A program made the position numbers and the translations under genes. A stretch of DNA of 39,696 bases. Origin: a virus (Duplodnaviria > Caudoviricetes). Of this stretch, positions 8,936 through 18,606 are shown piece after piece. The notes under the pieces are model-generated. The model worked only from the letters and a program-made list of their open reading frames with translations, was not told where the DNA came from and ran no database searches. The first letter of the stretch is position 1. Each line of letters opens with the position of its first letter. Location of the stretch: IMG/VR virus record IMGVR_UViG_3300043596_000015, positions 1 through 39,696 of that record. One strand, 5' to 3'.

Positions 8936-9636
8936 TGCCCACTCAGTGCGGTGCCATGTCCCGTGGCCGCGTCATGCGGCTCACCCGTCTGGACGACTGT
9001 GGACTGGTGGTCCCCGGACCCGCCGCCACGCTCGTCACGTCCGGGTTCGTGCAGGTCGTGGCGACCCCCGTCTACCAGGACCAGGAAGACATCTCGGTCA
9101 CCAATGCCAACGGGGATCTCTGCGTCGACGACCAGTCGGACCCGGCGCTCCGCTGGCTGACGCTCCAGATGGACTTCTGCAACATCGATCCGGACGCGAT
9201 CAACATCATCAGTGGTGCGCCGCTGGTCGTCGACGACGCGGCGCCCACCCCGAACGATGTCGGTTTCCGCTGGGACACCGCGACGCTCGGTACGGCGAAC
9301 TTCGCACTGGAGGTCTGGTCCGGCATCAAGGGCCAGGGCTGCACCGAGGGCGGGTTCGAGAACTTCGGCTACTGGCTGTACCCCTACGTGGTACAGGCGC
9401 AGCTCAACGAGTACACCGTGGCGGCCGCAGGCCTGACGCTGTCGCTCACGGCCCGCACCAGTGCCGGTTCCGGCTGGGGTGTCGGCCCATACGACGTCGT
9501 GCGTGACGTCCTCACCCCGTTCGCCCCGGGCCCGCTGGTCTCGCCGATCACGGCGACCCAGCACGGCCACTTCCAGTTCACGAACGCTCCGCTGCCGACT
9601 GCGGCCTGTGGCGCGGTTGTGCTCCCCGCTCCGTAG
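8935..9636 (+). CDS. Major tail protein
   Basis: RLTRLDDCG, NANG.LC and FALEVW motifs of actinophage tail tube proteins; followed by a hairpin. Confidence 0.8.
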   Translation: MPTQCGAMSRGRVMRLTRLDDCGLVVPGPAATLVTSGFVQVVATPVYQDQEDISVTNANGDLCVDDQSDPALRWLTLQMDFCNIDPDAINIISGAPLVVDDAAPTPNDVGFRWDTATLGTANFALEVWSGIKGQGCTEGGFENFGYWLYPYVVQAQLNEYTVAAAGLTLSLTARTSAGSGWGVGPYDVVRDVLTPFAPGPLVSPITATQHGHFQFTNAPLPTAACGAVVLPAP

Positions 9637-9656
9637 CAGGTAGCCCTACTCTGGGA

Positions 9657-9694
9657 GAGAGCCCGTCCCCCAAGCCATGGCGGGGCGGGCTCTC
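9657..9694 (+). terminator. Hairpin after major tail gene
   Basis: gagagcccgtccc...ggggcgggctctc. Confidence 0.6.
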
Positions 9695-9710
9695 GTCACA
9701 GGGAGTGAGT

Positions 9711-9884
9711 ATGCAGCCCAGCTGTGTATGGATGACGCGAGAGGCGTGGGCAGAACTCGACGGGGTCGATCCGGACTTCTTCGATGCAGCCGCGACAAGG
9801 GCAGGCAGCACCTACGTCAGGTACTGCGAAGATGGCACCGTGTGGCTCAACGCCACGTTCACGGCGGCCGTTCGGGACGCATGA
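9711..9884 (+). CDS. Hypothetical 57-aa protein
   Basis: MQPSCVWMTREAWAELDG...VRDA*, RBS gggag; fills the gap between genes. Confidence 0.45.
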   Translation: MQPSCVWMTREAWAELDGVDPDFFDAAATRAGSTYVRYCEDGTVWLNATFTAAVRDA

Positions 9885-9900
9885 GAAAGAGGCGGTCGGT

Positions 9901-10713
9901 ATGAGCACACCCGTACCCGGGGCAGTCTGCGCGTGGGAGATCAGCACCACCTGCTGTACAGGGTGGGACGACTACACCCCGGAGGTACAGGAAGCATCCG
10001 CCGCATGGGCGACGGAGATCCTGAACGCTCTGACCGGCCGCCGGTTCGCCCAGTGCCCCGTGAAGCTGCGCCCCTGCGGTACGCGGTGCGGCTGGTTCGG
10101 CGGGTACCTCACCTTCCCGGTGGGCTCGCCGGCCATGAGCGGAGCGGGCAACCCATGGATGATCCCGTTCGTCGACGGGGGCGTGTGGCGCAACTGCACC
10201 TGTGCGGGCGCCTGCCGCTGCCGGGCGACGTGTGAGGCGCGCATGCCGTGGCCGGTCGCGGAGGTAGTGGAGGTAATCGTCGACGGGGTCGTCGTCGACC
10301 CGTCCGCGTACCGCCTCGACGATGGCAACATCCTCGTGCGCACGGACGGCGACTGCTGGCCGGAGTGCCAGAACCTCGACCTCCCCGACACCGACGAGAA
10401 CACCTGGTCCGTCACCCTGCGCCCCGGCGAGGCGCTGCCGGCCGCAGGCGCCATTGCGGCAGGTCGTCTCGCGTGCGAGTTCGCCAAAGCCTGCACGGGC
10501 GGTGAGGGCTGCTCCCTGCCGGAGCAGTTGATCTCATTGTCCCGCAACGGTGTTGAAGTCCAGGTGGCCGACCCGCAGGCGCTCCTGGATAACGGTCTGA
10601 CCGGCATTCAGGAGGTCGACCTGTTCATCCGGGCGTACAACCCCGGTCAGTTGAGGGCCCGGCCCCGGGTGTTCTCCCCCGACGTGCGCGACCCTCGCCA
10701 GGTGACGTTGTGA
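9901..10713 (+). CDS. Head-to-tail adaptor (Cys-rich)
   Basis: LNALTGRRF.QC...RPC, WPECQ and LACEFAKAC motifs; RBS gagg; true start likely MSTPVP. Confidence 0.75.
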   Translation: MSTPVPGAVCAWEISTTCCTGWDDYTPEVQEASAAWATEILNALTGRRFAQCPVKLRPCGTRCGWFGGYLTFPVGSPAMSGAGNPWMIPFVDGGVWRNCTCAGACRCRATCEARMPWPVAEVVEVIVDGVVVDPSAYRLDDGNILVRTDGDCWPECQNLDLPDTDENTWSVTLRPGEALPAAGAIAAGRLACEFAKACTGGEGCSLPEQLISLSRNGVEVQVADPQALLDNGLTGIQEVDLFIRAYNPGQLRARPRVFSPDVRDPRQVTL

Positions 10714-11234
10714 CGCGCCCGGTGGAGTTCGCCCAGATCCTGCTCCAGTGTCTCGGTGAGCAGATCGCTGCGGGCCCGTTCCCCATCCCGGACGAGAAGG
10801 TCTGCCTGCGCTTCGGGGAGCGTGTTGATCCGACCCTGGGCACCAGCGAGGACGAGTGCTGCACGGGCCTTGCGTGGGTGCGTGTGGCGTCCGTGGACTC
10901 CCTTGCGGACCCGGACGGTCCGGGCACGGGGAACTGCGTCAACAGCGCCCGCCGCATCACTCTGGAGATGGGTACGGCCCGCTGCATCCCCTTCGGCACG
11001 GTGGGCGCGGGCCCGTCATGCGCGGCGTGGACCGAAGTGGCGTTGAAAATGGACTCCGATCAGCTCGCGATGGAGTCGGCGATCTGCTGTGCCACTGAGA
11101 CGTTCAACGCTCTGCCCTACGGCCCGGTCTCGGTCCCCGGTGACTATCTGCCGGAGGGTCCGGACGGGAACTGCGTCAAGGGCGTAATGACCATGATCAT
11201 CGACTATGACTGTGGGTGCCCCAGTGTCGCGTAA
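10710..11234 (+). CDS. Head-tail joining / tail terminator-like protein
   Basis: CC.GLAWVRV, LEMG.ARC and P.GP.G.C.G motifs; synteny. Confidence 0.55.
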   Translation: MTRPVEFAQILLQCLGEQIAAGPFPIPDEKVCLRFGERVDPTLGTSEDECCTGLAWVRVASVDSLADPDGPGTGNCVNSARRITLEMGTARCIPFGTVGAGPSCAAWTEVALKMDSDQLAMESAICCATETFNALPYGPVSVPGDYLPEGPDGNCVKGVMTMIIDYDCGCPSVA

Positions 11235-11538
11235 GAAGACGGTCAAGAGTGCGGATGCCATGGCCACCGTCACCGTGCTGATCTCGTTCAACGGCCTGTA
11301 CAGGGGCGACGTGGTGCGCACCGAGTATGACGCCAAGGTGCAGGGGTGGGAGCGCGCCGGCCTGATCCGATCGGAGTTGGACGATGCCGCAAGTGAGGCT
11401 GGACCGGGCAGCGCTGAACCGGACGATTCGGGGAGCGTCGCGCAACGAACTGGAGATAGCGGCCAGGGAGGTCATGAACCGGGCCAAGGTTTTGGTTCCG
11501 GTGGATACGGGGCGGCTGCGGGCGTCGATCAGGATTGA
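11224..11538 (+). CDS. Hypothetical protein overlapping the next gene
   Basis: GTG start near the previous stop; globular-looking N-half and acidic low-complexity tail. Confidence 0.45.
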   Translation: MSRKKTVKSADAMATVTVLISFNGLYRGDVVRTEYDAKVQGWERAGLIRSELDDAASEAGPGSAEPDDSGSVAQRTGDSGQGGHEPGQGFGSGGYGAAAGVDQD

Positions 11539-11794
11539 GCAGCGCAGGAACCTCGCGCTGCGCTCCCGCTACACGATCGGTTCGGACGTCTACTACGCCC
11601 CGTTCGTGAACGACGGGACCCGGCCGCACATCATCAAGCCCAGGCGGCCGGGCGGATCCCTGCGGTTCGTGGTCGGCGGCCGGGTGGTCTACGCCAAGGT
11701 GGTACACCACCCGGGAACCCGTGCTCGGCCGTTCCTGGACCGGGCGCTGCGCGAGGTAGCGGCCTCGCGCTCGTACCGCCTCCGCATCACCTGA
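11384..11794 (+). CDS. HK97 gp10-like tail/neck protein
   Basis: PVDTGRLRASI, YAPFVNDGT and HPGT.ARPFL motifs; RBS ggag. Confidence 0.85.
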   Translation: MPQVRLDRAALNRTIRGASRNELEIAAREVMNRAKVLVPVDTGRLRASIRIEQRRNLALRSRYTIGSDVYYAPFVNDGTRPHIIKPRRPGGSLRFVVGGRVVYAKVVHHPGTRARPFLDRALREVAASRSYRLRIT

Positions 11795-11810
11795 CGGATA
11801 CCCTGAGGGC

Positions 11811-12149
11811 ATGGACACAGACAAGACTTTCAAGACCAGGTTCAACGGGCGATCGATCACGGTGGAGACGGTGAGCGTCGGGCAGACCGTGGCGCTGGGC
11901 ACCATGCCCAAGGATGAGAACGGCGACCTTGCCTCCGGCGGTGTGATGACGATCCTCCTGGTCGTCGAGGGATGCGTGGGGCCGGATGAGTGGGCGCTCA
12001 TCCGAGACGGCCTGGCGCGCAAGACAGTCAGCATCGAAGACGTCATGGCGCTCTTCGGGAAGATCCTGGAGAAATCCGCCAAGTCGGCACCCGGAACCGC
12101 CACATCTGTGGAGATCCCGGGGACGTTCAAGGCCGTGTCGGCCGAGTGA
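11811..12149 (+). CDS. Tail assembly chaperone (putative)
   Basis: Position two genes before tape measure; TACCCT -10-like box 6 nt before ATG suggests a leaderless transcript. Confidence 0.55.
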   Translation: MDTDKTFKTRFNGRSITVETVSVGQTVALGTMPKDENGDLASGGVMTILLVVEGCVGPDEWALIRDGLARKTVSIEDVMALFGKILEKSAKSAPGTATSVEIPGTFKAVSAE

Positions 12150-12679
12150 CACGCTCCCCGTATGGCCCGGACCCCGTTGTGGTGGAGCTTCAGGGATCTT
12201 TCGTCCACGTGCCGCACCGGTGCGCGGCCGAATGGATCGCTGCGGCCAACGACACAACGGGGCCCTCGGGCATCCTGATGCCCCTCGCACGGCCCACGAC
12301 GCGCGAGACCATACGGGAGAGCCTGGCGCTGCGGACGCTCACGTACGAAGAGCTGACCGAAGCCTCCTATGCACTCATGACCGAGGCCATCCCCGGGTTC
12401 TCCTGGTGGCAGGCGTACCGGCTGCTCATGCTGTCGAACGACCATCTCATCGTTGGGCGCGCCACACTGGCAGGGCTGGACCCGTGGGCGCTGACGGTCA
12501 CCCAATGGGTGTCGGCCGTCTACGTCATGCTCAAGCAGAACACGTCAGACAAAGATCAGTTCAAGTTCGACGCCGCGCTCGACGAGGTACCTGAGGGCGT
12601 GGAGGCCGACTCGGACTGGGGAGACATGTCGTTTGATCAGATGGTCGCCAACGCCCGCAGCACACCGGGCATGAGTTAA
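12146..12679 (+). CDS. Second tail assembly chaperone-like protein
   Basis: GTGA overlap with the previous gene; directly precedes tape measure. Confidence 0.55.
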   Translation: MTRSPYGPDPVVVELQGSFVHVPHRCAAEWIAAANDTTGPSGILMPLARPTTRETIRESLALRTLTYEELTEASYALMTEAIPGFSWWQAYRLLMLSNDHLIVGRATLAGLDPWALTVTQWVSAVYVMLKQNTSDKDQFKFDAALDEVPEGVEADSDWGDMSFDQMVANARSTPGMS

Positions 12680-12691
12680 GGAGGCGGGGCC

Positions 12692-15409
12692 GTGACTTCG
12701 CAAGCAGAGGTTGACCTTGTCGTCAATGCCACCCGCACACTGCCCGATCTGGAACGGGACCTGAACCGGGTTCTGCTCGCGGCACAGGCCGACATGAGCG
12801 ACCTCGATGTCAACGCGGTCCTCAACACCACCACCGCCCTGAATCAGATCGATCGCGACCTGGCCCGGGTGATCAGCGGGGCGCAGGCCGGAGCGGATGA
12901 TCTGCTGATTCAGGCCGCCCTCAACCAGCAGGCGTCCATTCGGGCGGTCACACGCGACCTCGACAACCTGGTCAACACAGTCGACACCGGCGGAACCGTA
13001 GACGACCTGCTCCTGACGGCAGCCCTGAACGGGCCCGCCTCGCTGCGCCAGGTCACTCGCGACGTGGACGAGCTGGTGGCGGTCACCAACGCCACGGCCC
13101 CCGACATCGAGATTGACGTCGAGATCAGCCGACGGCTGCTCAGCGATATTGGCGCTGTGGCCGGAGCGCTCGGCTCCCTCGGCAAGAACATCGGCCTGGC
13201 CGGCGCAGCAGCCGGTACCGCCGTACCGCTCCTGGCGGGTGTGGCGGCGGCTGCTCAGCAGATCTTGCCGGCCGCAGCCGTGGCCACGTCCGGCATCCTG
13301 GCCATGCAGCTCGCGACGCAGACTCTGAAGCTCGGGTTCCTCGGGGTGGGCGACGCGATCACGGAGGCGTTCAAGCCGGACGCCGACATGGCCAAGGTCA
13401 AGGAAGCCCTCGACCATCTGTCCCCGTCGGCAAAGGCCGCAGCTACCGAGATCATCGGCCTGAAGGACACGTTCAAGGGCCTGCAACTGGACGTGCAGGA
13501 GAACCTCTTCAAGAACTTCGATCAGGCCGTGACGGCCCTGGCGACCACCGCTCTGCCGATCGTGCACACCGCCCTGACGGATACGGCGACCAGCCTGAAC
13601 GCCATGGGCATCAGCGTGGCGCAGGCGGCCGTACGGCTGTCCGCAGACGGCACCCTGGGAGCCGCGCTCAAGGGCGCGACGACCGGCCTCGACAACCTGA
13701 AGGGTGTGCCCGCCGAAGTCGCTACTGGCTTCACACAGCTGGCCGCTGCCGCCGCGCCTGCGTTCGACCGCATCACGACCGCTGTTGCGAAGGTGGCAGA
13801 TCGTGTCTCTGAGCAACTGTCCGGGGCGTTCAAGTCCGGGGCGTTGGAGGGTGCGATCAATGACGCGGTTGACGCAATCGCTCAGCTCGGCCGCGTGGGC
13901 GGTAACATCTTCTCCGGCCTCGGCAACATCATCGGTGCTGTGACCGTTGACGGGGCCGGACTGTTCGACACCTTGGAGCAGCTGTCACAGGGCTTCAAGG
14001 ACGTCACGGCGAGCAAGACCTTCCAGACCGCGCTCGGGGATCTGGCCGCTACCATGGCCCTGATCTACAAGACCGTCGGCCCGCTGGTCGCGACTGCTCT
14101 GGAGACGATCGGCCAGGTCATCATCCAGCTCGCCGAACCGGCGCAGCAACTGGTGACCGTGCTGGGCTCGGCCCTGACGGACATCTTCAAGTCGCTGGGA
14201 CCAGTCCTGGTCAGCCTGGCCGACGCGTTCGGGAAGCTGGTCGTCGCGCTGCTCCCCATCGTGACCCTGGCCGCGCAGTTGATCGCGGAGATCCTGCCGG
14301 TCCTGGTCCCGCAGTTCGAGGCGTTCGGCGCGGTGTTCGAGGCGATGACCCCGTTCATCCAGCAGTTCGCGGACCTGCTCGCGGCCGTGCTGCTGCCGGT
14401 CCTGGCCGAGCTGCCGGGCATCGTGGCCACGATCCTCCCGCCGTTCGTCCAGTTCGCGGAAGAGATCATGCCGCAGTTGACTGAACAGTTGGTGCAGCTC
14501 ACCCCGGCCTTTGCGTCCCTCGGAGAGCAGCTCGCGCTCCTGCTGGTGGCCGTCGCCCCGGTCATCGCGCAGATACTCGAAATGGCCCTGGCGTTCAGCG
14601 CGCATCTGATGCCGGTCATCACTGAGGGTGCCACCGTGGTGATCGCCGGGCTCGCGGTGCTCCTGACCGGACTGGCCGCGATCTTCCGCACGGTGGTCGT
14701 GCCGGCCGTGCAATTCCTGGTCGACGCGCTGCGCGGGGACTTCTTCGACTCCACATCCAGCGCCTCGCAGGCAGTGGGCGCCATGCGGGACCGCATCGTC
14801 AACTTCTTCTCCGACATGGCGGGTCGCGTCTCGGCCACCCTGAGTGGCTACGTCGCCACGCTGCGCTCGCGCGTGAGTGAGGGAGCATCCTCGTTCGTCG
14901 ACGGGGTGCGCAGCATGTCCGACCGGGCGGTAGCCACACTGTCCAGCCTGCCGAGCCGCCTGCGCGGTGCGCTCGGGAACCTCGGGAGTCTCCTCTTCAG
15001 TGCCGGGGCGAGCCTCATCTCGGGGCTCATCGACGGTATCCAGTCCCGGGTTGGTGGCCTGATCAGTGAGCTGGGCGACATCACGTCCAAGATCCCGGAC
15101 TGGAAGGGCCCGGCCGACACGGACCGCTCCCTGCTGATCCCGTCCGGCGTGATGGTCATGGACGGGTTCCTGAAGGGAATCCAGAAGGCGATCCCCCGGG
15201 TGAAGGCCGAGTTCCAGGGGATCACGGGCGCGCTGCCCGGGTTCACTCAGACCATCTCCTCCGTCACCGCCCCGAGCACAAGCAACGTGCTGGCCCCCAC
15301 TATCCTGGTGACCATCGGGAACGAAGCGGTGGACCAGTTCGTGACCACACGGGTTGAGGCCGCAAACAAGCGCAACGCCCGCGTTGCCGCACAGGGAGTG
15401 AGGCTCTAG
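12692..15409 (+). CDS. Tape measure protein
   Basis: 905 aa, Ala/Leu-rich helical repeats, C-terminal IPDWKGP..DR.LL.P.G motif. Confidence 0.92.
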   Translation: MTSQAEVDLVVNATRTLPDLERDLNRVLLAAQADMSDLDVNAVLNTTTALNQIDRDLARVISGAQAGADDLLIQAALNQQASIRAVTRDLDNLVNTVDTGGTVDDLLLTAALNGPASLRQVTRDVDELVAVTNATAPDIEIDVEISRRLLSDIGAVAGALGSLGKNIGLAGAAAGTAVPLLAGVAAAAQQILPAAAVATSGILAMQLATQTLKLGFLGVGDAITEAFKPDADMAKVKEALDHLSPSAKAAATEIIGLKDTFKGLQLDVQENLFKNFDQAVTALATTALPIVHTALTDTATSLNAMGISVAQAAVRLSADGTLGAALKGATTGLDNLKGVPAEVATGFTQLAAAAAPAFDRITTAVAKVADRVSEQLSGAFKSGALEGAINDAVDAIAQLGRVGGNIFSGLGNIIGAVTVDGAGLFDTLEQLSQGFKDVTASKTFQTALGDLAATMALIYKTVGPLVATALETIGQVIIQLAEPAQQLVTVLGSALTDIFKSLGPVLVSLADAFGKLVVALLPIVTLAAQLIAEILPVLVPQFEAFGAVFEAMTPFIQQFADLLAAVLLPVLAELPGIVATILPPFVQFAEEIMPQLTEQLVQLTPAFASLGEQLALLLVAVAPVIAQILEMALAFSAHLMPVITEGATVVIAGLAVLLTGLAAIFRTVVVPAVQFLVDALRGDFFDSTSSASQAVGAMRDRIVNFFSDMAGRVSATLSGYVATLRSRVSEGASSFVDGVRSMSDRAVATLSSLPSRLRGALGNLGSLLFSAGASLISGLIDGIQSRVGGLISELGDITSKIPDWKGPADTDRSLLIPSGVMVMDGFLKGIQKAIPRVKAEFQGITGALPGFTQTISSVTAPSTSNVLAPTILVTIGNEAVDQFVTTRVEAANKRNARVAAQGVRL

Positions 15410-16308
15410 TGCCGCCGCCCATCGAGTCCCACGACGTCACCCTCACAGTCAGTTTCGTGGCGTCCCCCGGCACCAACACGACCATGACGGTCGAGCGGTC
15501 CACCACGTCGGCCACCGAGGGGTTCATCACCCTGGCCGAGCACGTCCCGTTGCTGGGGGAGATCGGCGTCTACGTCGACTCGACCGCCCCCATCGGGGTG
15601 CCGATCTGGTACCGCGTCACGGGGGAGCAGACCGGCGGGGTTATCAACCTGACCGCCACCATCCCCCCGTTCACCGGGGTGTGGTTGAAGGACCCCGGTC
15701 GGCCGTGGGCGGACATCGTCCTCGACTTCTGCGACATCACGGACGGGCACGCGACCGGCTGCACCACACCCGACCCCGAGTTCATCTGGGGCGGCCTCGG
15801 GGACATCGACCAGGACTCCGATGCCGGGCTCTTCCCGGTGCTCAACTCGGAGACGCCGGCCGATGTGTGGGCGCGCCGCAAGTTCGCGTCCGGCTCGATG
15901 ACGTTCTTCACCCGCACCCTCGACGCCATCGACCGCGTGTACGACCTGTTCACGGCGGGCGGCCCGCTCCTGCTCCAGTTGCCGACCGAGTACGGCTGGC
16001 ACGACCACTTTCTCCAGCCGGGCACCCTGAAGATGGTGTACGGGTCGCGCGACCAGCGCATCCCGATCCGGGCCTGGTCGGTGCCGTTCGAGGTCGTCGA
16101 CCGGCCGCTGGGTCCGGTGCAGGGCACGGCGTGCGCCAACTGGTGCGCGGTCGAGGACGCTTTCCCCACCTACGCGGCGTTCGACTCGACGCCCGGCACG
16201 TTCCTGGACCTTCTCCAGGGCGAGGTTCTGTGCCCGGCGACACCCCCGGAACTCGACGGGTTCGGTATGGGCCCGTTCGGCGACGGACCATTCGGCGACG
16301 GAGGATAA
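15409..16308 (+). CDS. Minor tail protein (distal tail-like)
   Basis: First gene after tape measure; D..AP.G....YR and WLKDP.RP motifs. Confidence 0.75.
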   Translation: MPPPIESHDVTLTVSFVASPGTNTTMTVERSTTSATEGFITLAEHVPLLGEIGVYVDSTAPIGVPIWYRVTGEQTGGVINLTATIPPFTGVWLKDPGRPWADIVLDFCDITDGHATGCTTPDPEFIWGGLGDIDQDSDAGLFPVLNSETPADVWARRKFASGSMTFFTRTLDAIDRVYDLFTAGGPLLLQLPTEYGWHDHFLQPGTLKMVYGSRDQRIPIRAWSVPFEVVDRPLGPVQGTACANWCAVEDAFPTYAAFDSTPGTFLDLLQGEVLCPATPPELDGFGMGPFGDGPFGDGG

Positions 16309-16311
16309 GAC

Positions 16312-16941
16312 ATGACGTACACACCGATCCCGATCGGGTCCCTGGGATGGGGTGCCCCGGTCAACTCAGCGTTCACCAGCCAGGACGGGCGCATCACCGC
16401 GATCGAGCGGCAGGGTGCGCTCACGACCGCAGCGACGACGTTCATCGCTATGAACCTCGACCCTGCGCTGTCGGGGGCCGCTACGGCGCTCACGTCGGGC
16501 ACCGTGCATATGCAGCGAATCGACCTGGTGACCGCAGCCACGATCAGCACGATCCACCAGGCAGCGATCACCGCCGGGTCCGGCCTCACCGCAGCGCAGA
16601 ACTTCGCCGGTCTCTACAACGCTGCGGGCACCCGGCTGGCTGTCACGGCGGATCAGTCGGTGGCATGGACCACCACAGGTGAAAAGAACATGGCGCTGGT
16701 CGCCCCCGTCGCTGTCCCGGCGGGCACGTACTACGTGGCGCTGCTCTCCAACGGCACCACCCCGCCGCAGTTCCTCCGCATGGCGGTGTCGGCCAGCGTC
16801 GCCGACATCGTGAACCACGGGCTCACCACGTCCACCGCGCGGTGGACCACGGGCCCGACGGCACAGACCACGCTCCCCGTATCCATCACGATGGCGTCCC
16901 GGGTGTTCTCCGGCACGACGTACATCGCGGCGGTGAGCTAG
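16312..16941 (+). CDS. Minor tail / virion protein
   Basis: WGAPVNSA N-terminal anchor, beta-rich domain with G.YYVALL. Confidence 0.65.
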   Translation: MTYTPIPIGSLGWGAPVNSAFTSQDGRITAIERQGALTTAATTFIAMNLDPALSGAATALTSGTVHMQRIDLVTAATISTIHQAAITAGSGLTAAQNFAGLYNAAGTRLAVTADQSVAWTTTGEKNMALVAPVAVPAGTYYVALLSNGTTPPQFLRMAVSASVADIVNHGLTTSTARWTTGPTAQTTLPVSITMASRVFSGTTYIAAVS

Positions 16942-18035
16942 TGCTCCCCTCGACCGACGTATACAAGTCCGTCCTGCACGGGCCGCACCACCGCGTGGCG
17001 TACATCGATGCGACGGACATCGACGGCAACGTCCTGGCCGCGCGCGTCCCGATCGTCTCCGGCACGGTCAGGGCACAGCTCACCGACAGGGTGACCCGGA
17101 CGGCCGACTTCACCCTGTCGGACGAGTGGTTCCCCCGCACCGCAGTCTCCGCGTTCTCGCCCTACCTGTCGGTCGTCCACATCACGGCGGGGACCGGATA
17201 CAGCGACGGGACCGAAGAGGTCTTCCCTCTCTTCACCGGGCGCGTGTACGACGTCGCCAGGCAGGCCAACGGGTCGGTGAACTTCCGGGCGGACGACCTT
17301 GCCGCCGACGTCGTGGCCGCTCGCTTCGAGGTGCCGGAGAAATCCAGCAGCGCGAGCGTCCTCGATGAGATCCGCAGGCTCATCCTGGCCGCTGTCCCTC
17401 AGGCCACGTTCGGTGACGACACCACGGACGACGCACCCACGCCGCAGCTCGTGTGGGATGAGGACCGTGGGCAGGCGCTCGATGACCTCGCGCAGGCGGT
17501 GGGCGGGCGCTGGTACGCGCTCGGCGACGGATCGTTCGTGGTGCGCCCCTTCAACTACACGCTCGGCCCCGTGGTCCAGCAGTTCCTTGACGGGCCGCAG
17601 GGGCTCATGTCCTCGGCCACCACGTCCATCACCCGGGACGGCACCGCGAACTCCGTGGTGGTCGTGGCCGAGCGCATGGACGGGACAGAGCCTGTGCGCC
17701 GGATCGCGCGCGACGTGACGCTGACATCACCCACCAGGTACGGCGGGCCGTTCGGCCGGGTCGTCCAGATCACCAAGGTGCAGACGCCGCTCACCGTGGC
17801 GCAGGCGCAGACGCTCGCGCAGACTCAGCTCGGCGCGGTCACCGCCCTCACGGAGCAGTGGACCGCCGGGGTCGTCCCGGACTACACGATGGAGCCGGGG
17901 GATACGGCGCGGCTGAGCTACCGTGGGTACTCGGCAGACCAGATCATCGACGGGATCACGTACCCGCTGGTGACCGGTAACACCATGACTCTCGGTACCC
18001 GGTCCGCCGGCGTCGCCGGGGTCTCGGAGGAGTGA
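16941..18035 (+). CDS. Minor tail protein (DUF5047-like baseplate hub)
   Basis: IVSG.V, W.EDR..AL.DLA and NSVVV.AE motifs; GTG overlaps the upstream TAG. Confidence 0.75.
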   Translation: MLPSTDVYKSVLHGPHHRVAYIDATDIDGNVLAARVPIVSGTVRAQLTDRVTRTADFTLSDEWFPRTAVSAFSPYLSVVHITAGTGYSDGTEEVFPLFTGRVYDVARQANGSVNFRADDLAADVVAARFEVPEKSSSASVLDEIRRLILAAVPQATFGDDTTDDAPTPQLVWDEDRGQALDDLAQAVGGRWYALGDGSFVVRPFNYTLGPVVQQFLDGPQGLMSSATTSITRDGTANSVVVVAERMDGTEPVRRIARDVTLTSPTRYGGPFGRVVQITKVQTPLTVAQAQTLAQTQLGAVTALTEQWTAGVVPDYTMEPGDTARLSYRGYSADQIIDGITYPLVTGNTMTLGTRSAGVAGVSEE

Positions 18036-18036
18036 C

Positions 18037-18606
18037 ATGGGGACGACGATCAACTACGGCATTCCGTATCCGGAGTGTGATCCGCCGCTCCGCAAGGATG
18101 CCTCGGACATCGCGGACTTCCGCGATCTGGCCGAAGCGGTCGACGACGCACTCGATGTGATCTACGCAGAGGCGAACGAGTTCGTGTTCGCCCCGGATAC
18201 GGTGCGCCTCGCGACCGGCGCGGCCGTGGCGGCCGTGGGCCAGAACCTCATCCCGTTCTACAACGTCAACAGCTTCAGTAACGATCCCAACATGGCCGAC
18301 CTGACCACGGGTGTGATCCGCATCGTTGAGCCCGGCCGGTACTGGGTCGGCGCGTATGCGTCCCTGACCGCACTGGGCATGCTGTCCCCGCGTATCCGCT
18401 TCCTGCTGAACGGCGCGTCGGTCTCCAACTTCCAGACCCCGGGAATCGTCATCGACGCGAACACGGCCACGTGCCAGTCCTCGGCCGTGCTGTCCGTCAC
18501 GCAGCCGAACGCCGCTCTCGGCACGCAGGTGAGGCACAGCGCCTCGGCCGCGCTGGCGTACACGTACACGTCGCGCATCTGGGCGACGCAACTGGAGAAG
18601 TACTGA
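18037..18606 (+). CDS. Minor tail protein (paralog 1)
   Basis: N-terminal GIPYP...DLAEAVD, then a beta-sandwich with PGRYWV. Confidence 0.7.
   Translation: MGTTINYGIPYPECDPPLRKDASDIADFRDLAEAVDDALDVIYAEANEFVFAPDTVRLATGAAVAAVGQNLIPFYNVNSFSNDPNMADLTTGVIRIVEPGRYWVGAYASLTALGMLSPRIRFLLNGASVSNFQTPGIVIDANTATCQSSAVLSVTQPNAALGTQVRHSASAALAYTYTSRIWATQLEKY

Noticed and set aside
9634-9710. Amber readthrough products that would explain a CUA tRNA
   Set aside because: Sequence after the TAG of the major tail gene gives only a short extension through a terminator, and TAG/GTG overlaps at 15409 and 16941 are out of frame with the next gene, so no clear target was seen.
11990-12149. Programmed -1 frameshift between the tail assembly chaperones
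   Set aside because: The -1 frame is open from 11990, but I found no in-register XXXYYYZ slippery heptamer and the second gene has its own GTGA-coupled start.
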